Part shown: piece by piece, positions 26,621 to 38,533 of the stretch
Layout: every line of letters starts with the position of its first letter
Position numbering within the stretch: the stretch's first letter is position 1
Assembly (NCBI RefSeq): GCF_008831285.2
Contig: NC_045138.2
Span: 37,882,001-37,946,000, forward strand
Direction: 5' to 3'
Length of the DNA: 64,000 nucleotides
Source of the DNA: Nymphaea colorata
Taxonomy: Eukaryota
Notes under the pieces: generated by a model
Told to the model about the DNA's origin: nothing
Databases searched by the model: none
The model's input: only the letters and a program-made list of their open reading frames with translations
Translations under genes and position numbers: made by a program

Positions 26621-27403
26621 GGGACCGGACTGACGTCCGGACAGTGATCTCTCATTGGTGAAGACCAAAGTACCAATGGAAACCCATTTAGCTCCGCATC
26701 AAAATTTGCCGGATTCCGTGGCGTATGTGGTGTTTTGCCTTTGGCTGATCAACTTTCCATGGGAAAATGAGAGGCAATTTCTGTATGAATTTAAAGGTGG
26801 TGTTTGATGCTCCTTCCGAACGAGTAAAAGTTTCCTGTCCGGACATTTTTATGTTTGCAATCTCATGTTCAAGTTGGGGCGACCATGATATAATTATAAC
26901 TGCAAATATTTCTTTTCATATCGAAATGATTAATTATGGATGATTCAAGAAGTCAGGTTTGACATGCGTGTTCCAGCTTGAACTGCTTGTCCACGGGATA
27001 ACATGTCACGCCGTGGACTGTTTGTTCCATCGCGAAGACTTCAGAATGGTCGGCAAATGAATGCGCCATGTAACTTTCCCGGCAGCTTCGCTATACACCC
27101 AGATATTTGCGTTTATATTACATGCAAGTAGGAAAATTTAATAAGAACATTGCGTTTTTGAAATGCATGTATTCTCAAAATACATGGCTTAGGCACAATG
27201 TATTTTTCTTCTCAAAAAGCATAATGTCATTACGGATGTTGTTTCTGTATTCAATAATTAAATAATTTATAAAAATGATTACGTTCTGTTTTTTGAAATA
27301 AAATCATGGTGTTTTCGATATGTTTTTAGTGCTTTTTACCAATGATTTTCTTATAAGCATTAACTTGTTCTCAACCATAGGCTTGATGAATCCAATGTTT
27401 TAA

Positions 27404-27734
27404 GGGTCAGGCCGGACCCGATTAAGGCTTTTCGGGCTTTTCTCGCCAATGGCTTTTCGGGCTTCAGGCCGATCCATTTGCCGAGGCCCGATTTGACTCC
27501 ATTATTCACTGCTTTTCTCGAACAAAAGCTTCTTTTGTATCAAAATAAAAGTTGAAACTTTTTGCAGCTTACTTTTTAATTATATTTAATTTTTTTAATA
27601 CAAAAAAAAATTGTTGGGCCCATTGGGCTGCTGAAGGGTTGAGTGTAGCTCTTGGGCCTGGCCCATTAGATTGTTTGGGCGGTGCTTGGGCCCTAGTTGT
27701 GGCGCGTATCAAGTACTCGTCGGCGGCCTGACCC
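27404..27734. mobile_element. Probable MITE remnant with GGGCC-rich subterminal motifs
   Basis: Inverted gggtcaggccg (27404) and cggcctgaccc (27724-27734) flank an AT-rich core with repeated gggcc and ggcttttcgggc motifs. Confidence 0.45.
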
Positions 27735-28666
27735 GGTTCGATCCGTAGCCTTACTTGAAACTAATGACAAAGAAAGCCTTCCAATAAATATGGAGGTCAT
27801 CTTCATCTCTAGGCAGTAGGCAACGGATGTCGGTTTACAAATTTGAAGTTCAACCCTCTTTTCCCGAACTTAGATCTGCATGTCGCGTAGATGTAAGATT
27901 TCAATAACACAGATCTCCAATCAGGAAAGAAAAAACACCCAACTTAGGTTGTAGTCTTTGATTTTCCCCTTTTCCTTCGAAAGCAGCAAGAAAAATTATT
28001 TAAACTACTTTTTCAACTTTAAAAAGTGTATGCATATGATCGATGATGGTAATCAATTTTTTTATTTATTTTTTAAAGACTCCGATTTATACGTTTACTA
28101 TAACTTTAAAGAAAAGGAACAAGTGTGAAAGTCAAATATGGTTTCCCTGATGACGTTCCGCGAAGAGTTCACCGCTTTTTTTTGGAATAGCGTAGGCCGC
28201 CATTATAAAATAAATTTAAAGTCGTCGTTCCCTTGAAAAAAAAAAAAAAAATCCCTCGTTCCCTGGTTGCATGTACCTGAGAGGAGTTGGAGCTCCTCTC
28301 GGTTTATATTTTGCTCGATTTGAGCTTGAGTCGAGCTTTGTTTATAGCTTAGATGCTATTAAGATCGAGTCGAGCTTAAGAATAAAAAGAAGAGAACACC
28401 TACACAAAAGATTAAAAAAAAAAAAAAAAGAGTACAAACGAAAAGGAAAATAGATACTTACAAATTAGCTTGTTTATAGGCAGGCACCTTCGCTTTCAAG
28501 CTTTAAAATGCCGAGGAGAAGCTAGACCAGGTTGGTGATCAAGTACTTTCCTCTAAGAACTACTTATATGTCTCTGTGTTTATGTGTATGTGTGCGAGAG
28601 ATATTCCCGAACCATTTTCTTAAGTGCAAGAAATTAATTTTTATAAAGCCTTTATGCAGTATTAAT

Positions 28667-28978
28667 GAGGTGTTTGGTAACGGACATAATGTTTGATGAA
28701 TCTATCCCAATAGAAACAAAGCATAAAAGTTGTAGCTTCAAGTTTGACCCTTTATTTGTTGTTGTTGTCTTCTATTTGGGTCCAGATTTGTTGATCCACT
28801 CTTAGCTTATATAAAGGGGTTTAGGAACCATTTATAGTCAGTTTTGAGTTTAATGAAAACCTTAGTTGTCTTCTGTGTTTTCCTTCTATTTCATCGCTAT
28901 TCTTTTTGCATTCCTTTTGTTTTTTTTTTTTGTCCGATTTCGCGTTGATTGACAATGTTCATGTTACTAAATGACCTT
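28667..28978. mobile_element. Possible Tourist/PIF-like MITE remnant
   Basis: gaggtgtttggtaac...gttactaaatgacct form imperfect inverted ends in a TAA/TTA context. Confidence 0.35.
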
Positions 28979-29065
28979 TAAGGGGTTTGAATTAGTTGGT
29001 CAGGCCAGCAGTTGGTATAGAACCGATCTTTACTTTCATTCTCATGGGTGTTAAATCCTCACATA

Positions 29066-29264
29066 CAGGGGCGGAGTTCGAAAGTTTTCGTTGTAGAGTT
29101 CAAACTATAGTTTTTAAAAATTTTAACAAGAGGGGAACTAGATTTTTTCAAATTTTTATACACATGAAACTAAAATTTTTAAATTTTACATATATACTTT
29201 TTCAATTTTTTAAAATCTTAGGGGAGGGCGAGTCCCCTCCGGCCTCACCTTGCCTCTACCCCTG
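29066..29264. mobile_element. hAT-type MITE, CAGGGG-TIR family
   Basis: TIRs caggggcggag...ctctacccctg. The 8-bp flanks ctcacata and cttggata are degenerate. The interior is AT-rich. Confidence 0.7.
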
Positions 29265-31629
29265 CTTGGATAACCAAAGCAGGCATAAGCTTTGAGAGTA
29301 GGAGTGCTGTTTAATGCAGTCAAATAAGCAACAAAGTTTTTTGGCTTTTTTAAACAAAAAAAGAAAAAGAAAAGAAAGAAAGACCCTCCTAGACTGTGTT
29401 AATAATGTGACCCAACATGTGATTTTTTAATGAACAAAGCATGCAGTTAAATCATATATATTTCTTCATGATTTGACCTTCATATTCCAAGCTTGGCTTG
29501 CATGTGCATGAGAGCTAGTATGTGTGTTTTCTGTGCACGAATTTCTTAATCATTTCTACGATTTGGATCCTCAAAAGATCAAAAGTCTAGATCTGCAAGC
29601 TTTTCGAGGGCATATATTGCACCGTCGCATGTGAATACGTCAAGCTTGCAAAATTAATCTTATTTATCTCTTGTCACACGTTATCTAGTCACTCTTTCTT
29701 TGGTTCTCTGCATGAAACTTTGGTCTCTTTGAATTTTTTGCCCGTTCAAGTAAAATTTGAGCACAACTTTAATGAACCTTAGAAGAAATGCAACATGAAT
29801 GACCCACAAAATGTTCTCTTTAGATTGACAGTACGAAGTTCATAAAGGAACCCACAGTGAAACTCAACCATTATTTTGTATTTGGCTTGATCTGTGACAA
29901 GCGTGACCTAGAAAAATGATCTGTAAAATCAAGAAAAATCTTAACCTGACAACAAAAAGTCAATCTGAAGGGAAAGTTTGATTACCTCCATCGTATTCTG
30001 TGATCCATCGATGAAGTATTACACCCTATCTCTCCAATGTTACATCAGTCCTAAGTCATATGGGAACGAGTATAAAATGCCAATACAAACACAACTTTAT
30101 AGAATGTGGGTATATGGGGGTATGGTCACATATATGTATATATATAAAGAAACGCAAAAAAATCAAAATAAAAGCAACATTTAAATGGTGGAGTGATATA
30201 AATAAACACATTACATGTTAATGAAGAATAACTGTAAAATAAGAATGAAAATTGAGTTGGAAAATTTATACCAAGTAAAGTTAGCAGTTTGGATCATTTT
30301 CGATCTAAAAAATACCCAAGTGTGTCAGAGTTATCCATGTCATTAAGGATCGGACCTTTGATCATGTAAAACAATGGTATTCTATAACTGTAGATCTTCG
30401 GTCCAACCTACAAAGAGCCTTTGAGACAACTACGTATAATTTTGCAAGGATTTCTTGCTACAACAGCAAAGCTGTGCAGCATTTAGTTCATGGATTCAAC
30501 TTGGATGAATGAATTAACCTCCGGTAATTGGTAGGCGATTTGGTTTGAGTGCCCTAAACCACGGTCAGATTTGTATATATTCTACCTAGTACATCAAATG
30601 GTATTGAAGAATCAAGAGACATTGTTGAATGTTCACCCCACACACTGTTTGAAGGTCTCTCTATATGCCACCTCCCTTATATTTTCCATACGAAGAAGCA
30701 TCTCATTGAATTCAGATCTTACCAGCTGGAGGGAGGCTGTCAGCTGATGGTAAGATCGAATTGCCGTCTCAAAACCCGATCAATTGGCTCAGATCTGGTA
30801 AAAGAAAACGAGTTGCATCTTAATGGGACTTGAGAGTATATGAACAGAGGTATTATGAACTTATAATTTGGTGCCAAATATGACAACGAGGGGCTAGTAA
30901 GCGCAGTAGGTATTATAATCATCTTTGATCATTCAGAAGGATTAAGTCATTTTGCTCATGATGGACGTGGAGAGTGAACGGAATGTTAAGTTCAATCTAA
31001 ACAGAGGAAAATCATGATTCTTTTATATCTTGGACCATACAGAAACTCCTCCTCTTTTTTTTCTATTGGACTTTGTCCAGGAAATCAAACCCGCCATTAA
31101 AAAACAGCATCTCTGTCCACGCTTGCAGTGGGAGTTGATGGCAGGGGACGAATGCTCAGTTGGAATCAAGAAAAAATAAAGGAGGTGGAGATGCGGGAGA
31201 CTCCTTTTAAGAAGATTAATCAACCACAAGCTGATGGATTCGAGTTGACTAGTTGCCAAAATGAAATGAAAATCTTTCAATGATTTCTTTAGAGTGCTGC
31301 GGATGATTGCGTGGAGTGATTCATGATGCCACCAATCTCTCTTTTTAATTTCATCCTTTTCTTCTCCTGCGCGTGAATGTACGTTGTTCAGACGTTTGAT
31401 GCCGTGGCTTTGATCAGCTCAAGGAAGAAAGTCGTCTGCCTGCTGTAAGAAATGAATGTGGCGCAGCTGCTAGACGATGCACACGCACGCTAGGGGTTTC
31501 CACATTGGATCTTCATTTTGAGGGAGGTTGAGAGTTCAATTCCCGACGCACTTAACACAATTTGAAAACGTTTTGCCTAACCTCAAGGAGGGTTGTTCAA
31601 CCAGTCAAGTAGAACTCTCTCTATAAACA

Positions 31630-32020
31630 TGACTCCAACTCAATTTGTTTATTCAACGAGTTGAGTTTGAGTTAAGAAATGAACTCGACAACCTAAATGA
31701 GACGAGTTCGAGTTGAGTGAGCTTGTTTGGCTTGACTGAACTCAGTTAAGCTCAAAAAAAGAAAATATATAAAATATGCTCAAATGGGTATGCATGCAAT
31801 TGGTATGTGGGAGGTTACATGTTCAAATCTACATGTCGCCTCTTCCTCTAAAAAATATTTTTTAAAATAAAATGCTTAATTCGGCTTAAGCCAATCTTTG
31901 GCTCAAGCTTAATCGAGCTGAGCTTGAGTTTGAAGAAGTCATTAACTCGAGCCCAATTCAAACTAATGCAATTTTACTCGACTGGAACACGAGCCGAACT
32001 CGCTCATGAACAGTTCTAAC
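31630..32020. mobile_element. Non-autonomous DNA-transposon remnant with arrays of GAGCTCGAG/AACTCG motifs
   Basis: Repeated gagttgag, aactcga, gagttcgag, tcgagctgag and aactcgag motifs at both ends around an AT-rich core. Related tracts lie at about 28310-28380 and 60550-60850. Confidence 0.5.
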
Positions 32021-33576
32021 CCCAAGTTGCCATGTTTCTGCACATGTGCATATGTGTGTTTGTGTTAAACTTTCTGCTGGGAAGGGTGAAGGCTTTGGTG
32101 CTCCTTCTGGCAGCTTCAACTCACCTTAAGAACGAAGAAACATCTAGAACCCGAAAAGTGTTTGATTACAAAGAACTTTCATGAGCCCTGCGCGTCCTTT
32201 CACAGGAAAACCCCATGTGACTCCGACTGCCATGCTTGCGAGGACAACACAACGTGGTGCAGAGTAGCAGATCTGGGACTTCCAGAAAAATTGACGGAGG
32301 TCAGGACGGACAATTACACGATGATGCAGTGAAACAGGATTTTTTTAGATCCTAAACCCTGCAGTCGGCTAAAACTCGTATAAACAAGAAAAAAAAAAGA
32401 GCAGAAAATAACGGTTGAAAACAAAATTAAACCGGTAGTAGAGCTGGAAATAAAGGAAATTAGCTACAGAAAGGTTTCATTTCAATATCTCAGACCTTTG
32501 ACTGACATATGAATCCTCAGGTCGCTCTAAATGGAGAAAAGAATAAGATTTATATATAGAGTTCATCTAGTTAGAGGGCTTTGGTCTCCATTCTGCTTCT
32601 GCTCTGCGTTGCGCGTGCTTTTCACAAGTGTCTTGCTAAGCTGTAGATTCCTCCACAGCTAATTGATGCCTGCCATTTACCCTTTCCTTTTAGAGTATTT
32701 GCAGGTACCAAATCGGGGTTGCAACTATTGAGAAATCTTTTCAAATGGTACCAATGGTTTTAAACATGCATGTAGTCTTTACGAAATCAAATCGATGATG
32801 ATGATCATGCAGAATGAGCAACAGTCCAAGCAAGATCTTGATTTTTAGTTTACTTAATTGGTCATGGATTCGGATCAGCCTCAGGAAGGATTGATTGTTC
32901 ATAAACTATGACAAATGGCTTTGATGGGTTTTGATCTTGGATCTGCGCCTGATGCGCAGTGTCCAAGCTCACTTAAGAAGGAAGGAGCAGTTACAGTTAC
33001 TAACCTCCTCTTACTGTAAGGTAATGGGCACATTAACATGTACATAGTGTGTAAGAGGATAGAAAGTCCCCCAAAAACTGAAACGGGTGAGGAAAAGAAA
33101 AGATTGAAAATGTATCTTGTGTTTTCCTCACTGTGCATTTCTCTAGTCACAAATTGGTCAGAAAGATATAGCGATTCAGTCATATCTTCACTGCCACTTT
33201 TCAAAAAGTTGGGCATCAAGAGAACTGATCAATTTTCTTGTCATTCTCTTCTTGCTAAAATCATAGTTTCCAGGAGAAGGAAAGGATATGGGAAGTGATA
33301 TTTTTGACACAAGAATGAGGAAGCAACCATTTGGGAAAAAAAAAAGTTATGAGATGCAGCGGGAGGCGCATTTTGAATTAAAAAGTGAATCTGGTTTTCT
33401 AGTAACTACAGCTGAAACGTACAAAGCTCAAGGTGTTCGAAGTTGCAAAATTTTTGAAATTGGGAACTGCTTGGCCTTCTATTTCGTCTGTCAAATTAAA
33501 CGTAAAAACGGTTTTCTCTTCAAGAAGTTAGAAGATGATCGATCAAACACCGTATTGCCACAATTTGTGGGATCGG

Positions 33577-33580
<4 letters not shown>

Positions 33581-33654
<74 letters not shown>
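33581..33654. repeat. (AT)n microsatellite
   Basis: About 37 AT units. Further AT runs lie at about 37425-37457, 48219-48262 and 59369-59412. Confidence 0.95.
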
Positions 33655-33657
<3 letters not shown>

Positions 33658-34057
33658 AGACAAATGTACAAGCGCCTATCGAATGTCAATGTTTTAGATT
33701 AATATGTTTTTAAATCAATTTAGCTAGGTCATTATGTGGATGTCATTTACATTGTTGTGAGAAAATATTTATTTAAAGTCGTGCTACAAGTTGATTTCTT
33801 GTCAAATCATGCCTATGATTTCATAAAAAAATCAAAACATTGAGATCTAAGGGCATATCTCGATGATTTCATTGACTAAAGCAAATCAAAACATTGAGAT
33901 CTAAAGGGCACTTTCATATGGTAATATACATAGCGTTTCACTTGCTTCTCACTATTATTAGTCGGTGCGCCGTTCATTTTCTTCTCTTCGCAAAACTTTG
34001 TTCCCGATTACTTTTGGTGCTCGCTTTAGCCCATATATATTTTTAGTCCCGAACAAC

Positions 34058-35351
34058 TTACACAACCTCTACCACTGCAAAATTTGGCAAATTTCTAGAC
34101 AAATCGAAAGTAAGCATCGACATCTTCTTCTTCGATTGCTTCTCCAAGAGATGCGCCGAGAATGGGCCGGCCGGTTCGATCCTCTCATGTGCACCAAGCC
34201 ACTTGGCGTGCATATACTTCTGCCTTCTCCATGGGCCCAAGTGCATCTTCTTCTCCTTCATGCACCTCTTCCCTGCCGAGCAGGCCGCCTTGATGACTTC
34301 TTTCAGGCGATCAGGTTTGCCCACAAACACCTCCGGCAGCCGGTTTACTAGTTGATTATACTCGCTGCTTCCCCTGGCCATCTCAAACTCTGCGCGAAAA
34401 TCCAATTCGATCACAACACGTGCAGCTGCCCCATCGTCATTCCTTTCGGCGTTGTCGATCACATCAATGTAACTGTGCTCACCTGAAAAGGATTCCGGCG
34501 ACCGGATTAATTACCAAAAAGACAGAGTTGCCCATATGTACTGAATTAGGACATGTCCAAGGTGGATGGATATATACGAGTTGGCATTGACGACATGATC
34601 ACGCAACCAATTGATTACCTGCTGGAATGTCCGGCGAGCTCCTCCACTTTGATCGGCATACGGCGGCATTATGGCCGGCCTTTCGCAGACGATCGACGAC
34701 ATCTTGCTGTAAGCAATTCCGGCAGCCGCCGGCCGCAGGGATCTTGCACATGCATCTAGGAGACTGTTGCGCGTCCTCCAGCGCCTTGGTCGTGTCTCGC
34801 CTAACCCTTTTCTCAAAAGAGCTACTTCGCCTCAATGCAGCCTGAAAATGAACACAATTCCGGCGCCTATTAGAACTCCGGCAACGAACGAACGAGCCAA
34901 TTTCCCCTTAATTTCTCTCCAAAATCACTAACATCTCCCGTATTTCTGTTCGACGCGATAAGCTGGCACTTGCCAAATTATCCCGGCGAAACCACTTTCC
35001 CCTTTTCCACGTTGACAGTGAGAAAAGTAAACGGAAAGAAGAAATTAATTCCTTCCCGTAGCCGATGCTTACCTCTAGTAGCAGCTGCTGCTTCTTCCAG
35101 AAGGCAGCTTTCTCCTCACCAGAAGCCACGGATTCTTCCTCTTCATCATCGTCGTCCAAATCCAAGATCAAGCGATCAGCCGACGCCTCGCCGTCTTCGA
35201 GGAATCCGGCGGTCTCTATGCTCGGAAACTCGACCTCGCCGACGCCAGCAACCTCCCAGCAAACCTTGGGCTCTATGCCCATGAACTTGCTGAGGCCAAA
35301 CGTCGCCGGATTATGGCCACCACCATAATTTGCTGCGAGAAACCTACCCAT
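34058..35351 (-). CDS. Plant DUF506 (PD-(D/E)XK-like) family protein, about 308 aa, 3 exons
   Basis: Exons 35073-35351, 34619-34841 and 34058-34482 join in frame with GT-AG introns. Motifs: GHNAAVCRSKW..S.DIPAGEHSYIDV, IELDFRAEFEMAR, YNQLVNRLPEVFVG, MHLGPWRRQKYMHAKW, SMLTFDL. A TATA box (CCTATAAA on -) lies at about 35449-35456. Confidence 0.9.
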
Positions 35352-37420
35352 CACCAGATCCACCAACCCACCTGCCCGAGCAAGAGACAGAGAGAAGAAG
35401 ATTTCCGACCTACACCCAATGAAGGATCCCGTCAAACGCCCGTTCCGTTTTATAGGGCCTCCATCTCCGGCTAGGGGCTGTGGCGGGACCCCGGGCCGGA
35501 CGTGGACGAACCAGGCGCCGCGAACATGACTAGGCACACAGCCAAGTCCACACGGCAGGTAATGATTGGGTAGGACGAGTAAACCCGGTGGGGTTCTCGG
35601 TTGATGAGGCCACAGCTCGGACCAACGTCAGCCAGCCACCGCTTCCCTCTTTCTCATCTCCTCTTGAAATTTATCCGTTAAATTTCTCCACCCATATATT
35701 AACAATTATTATTATTAATTTGTAGATTGCCTTTCAAGCTCTACCCGTAAAATAGCACGATCAAGTTGATAAGTGGACTTGGTTGGTTGACTAGGTTCGA
35801 CTTGGTCGCGACTCGAGCCATGAACTCAGTCAAATTTTTTAGCATGGGTGGGAGCTAAACAAGGAAACGGTTATGCATCAAGTCTCCAATCTCGTTGGCT
35901 TAAAAACTTAGGGCTGGGTTCGGTCCATTAATATCAAATCCCGTTGGTGTAGGCTACGGCTTAGCTGGATAGAATCAAATCGCCTTGGCAGCTTGATTCC
36001 TCTGAAAGTTCAGGGGCAAAGTGGTCACTTTCTTGTTTCTATAGATTGAGAACATTCGTTTAGGCGCCAAAAATTTAAGCATAATTCGATAAACCGTCCA
36101 GACGGAAACTCGATCGGCATAGATTAAATTGAATTCGGCAAAAAACAGGGTCGGATCCCGCTAAATATCTTCTAATATGTGAGCTTGAACGGACTATTCT
36201 GAAACATAAAAAACTTGAGGGTCTGAATCGGGAAAAGGATATATTTCTGATATTTTATTTCTAGTGGAAGGAGATAAGGAGTTGTTATCCCAATCCATCT
36301 GCGTGGCTGGCGGGGTCCACTCCAACATTGATATGACGTGGACAGTAGGTGGCGTCCCTTCAGAGCAGTCATTTCTACTTAGGACAGGACCACTCTGTGG
36401 GACCCAGGGAACAGCCTGGCCCCCAATGTGGGACCCAGGGGAAAAAAAAATTGGATCGAGACCACTTTTCTTCTTTCTTTGGGCAACAAAAAATGCCACT
36501 TTTTCTTGTTTGGTCCATTATTTTTCAGAAGGCGATATTATCCTCACAAAAATGCGAAGAATATTCGCATTTTCACCTCGAATTCCCTGGCCATTGATTT
36601 CTTGATATATTGAAAAATTGGCACGAGAAAACAAACATGAGAGATTTCTTGGTATATATATTTGTTGGTTTCTCAAACATGTTATGATATTTTGAAAATT
36701 GGCAGTAGGAACTAGGAAGTCGGCTACGATGTGTAAAATTAAAATTATATGACACAATTATATAATACATATGAAATCTAAAAATATAACATATAACAAG
36801 CACATATTTTTAAAACATAATGTTCTTCTTCTTCTTATCCAACACCTTTTACTTTGTGCTCAAGTACATGAAATGAAATGAAATGAAGAGCCCTTAACAG
36901 CCACTTTTCAAACTGCTTTTGAGAGATGTTTTCGCGGCGCGGCAGGTCGGATGCATACTCCTCTGATACTGACCCATATTAGCAACTGCTTAATCTGTCA
37001 CAAATTTCATTTTTCATTGTTTTGACAACAAATCGACGGCCGAAAATTTGATTTGAATTTGTTTTTTCCCCTTTTTTTGTTTGGGTACTTTTGGTTTACA
37101 ATTCTTCGGCCCACTATAAAATATCCAAATCCATCAACCAATTTGTGAGAACAAGGATGCCATTCAAACACATCATGAGTCATGGGCCCCCCCGTTCGGT
37201 GCCAACTTATCCACACCCACCCACAAAATCATTTCTTTTCTGGGCCCAATCTCCCAAGAATACAAAAATCAAAAGTTCCAATTAAAAATTAAAGTCTTCA
37301 GTAACTAAATTATAAACTCTAATTGATACTTTTTCCCTTTCTGCATTATTGGAGCAATATTATAGTAACATTTTCATCAGACCTGATGCTCCCAGCCGGG
37401 TGTTCTTATCCTTTGGTACA

Positions 37421-37462
<42 letters not shown>

Positions 37463-38460
37463 GTAGGTAGCATGAACAGTGAAGAACCCGTTGTACCTAA
37501 ATTTCATTTTCCTTGATTGGTTCTCCCTGCTTCTTGTCACATCAAATCGAGGTGTGAAAATGTGAGCTCTAGAAGACATGGATGTTAATCTTATCAGCTC
37601 TGTAATATCCTAAAGATTTTGATAAGAATATCTTAAATCCACTGAGCTATCAGCAATATATATGTACACAAGAACATCAAACTGTGGTTCTCATCTGTGG
37701 ATGAATCCCTGTAATGAGAAATTCTGGGGCTCCGGCCTTTGCATCTTTACCAAAATCATGCACCTCCCCATTCTTTCACGACTTCTCTGCCAGGACAAAA
37801 AATTATTATATTATTTTTAATATAATTAAAAATAGAAAAAGATTAATTTTTTTTTTAATAATGAAATAAATCACATGTCGTACCCCTTTATTGGCCGCAC
37901 CTAACTTAGGTGCTATCTTCCAAGTACTCATTTTATCAACCCTACATGAGCTTTGAAGAATTAATTTAGTGGGCTCCATAATAAGTCACTCTAAGGCATA
38001 AATGTGAGGTAGAAATAGCAGAACAAGGTACAATTGTGAAATGGTAATTAGTGAATTCTAGAAAGCCCTGCAGCCCATGCAACAAGAGGGAGATTCTTGC
38101 TTAACATCTATAAACATTACTTACCAAATCTATGACTTAAGATTATTTTACCCCAACAGCGAGGCGAAATTCGTGTTTGCATCATTCTCCAAACATGTAA
38201 ATTGGATGATCTAGAGGCTCAACATGCAGGTGGCAGATCCTTTTTCGCCAAGGTGGCGAAGCTAGAAGCATCGGTTTTGTCGACAAGAGCGAGCGCCGTC
38301 TGCTCGAGTCAGATGTGAAATAATTTAAAACCTTCGAGTTGAAAGAGGTCAAGAATTCAATACCCAAAATGCTTTTTTTTTTTTTTTTTGCATAATTTGG
38401 TAGTTATCTTCTTTTATTGCCAGACTAACCTCATCCAAATATTCTTCTATCATATTCATA

Positions 38461-38533
38461 GAACAGTATGTAATTGTTTCATTCGCCAAATATCCTGAAC
38501 AGTATGTAATTGTTTCATTCGCCAAATATCCTG
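38461..38533. repeat. Perfect 36-bp tandem duplication
   Basis: gaacagtatgtaattgtttcattcgccaaatatcct x2. Confidence 0.95.

Noticed and set aside
30531..30910. Kinase-like word fragments (VGD[F]GLSAL needing a frameshift, GT*EYM, YDNEGLVSAVG)
   Set aside because: Too short and scattered, with no continuous frame. It could be a very old pseudogene, but that cannot be supported without TBLASTX.
32081..32130. TGAAGCTGCCAG on the minus strand (first 12 nt of miR167)
   Set aside because: The rest of the mature sequence does not match and there is no proper star arm.
38461..38533. Short direct repeats of 33-36 bp (also 56660-56725) as a possible CRISPR array
   Set aside because: Only two adjacent copies with no spacers, in a eukaryotic context with no cas genes.
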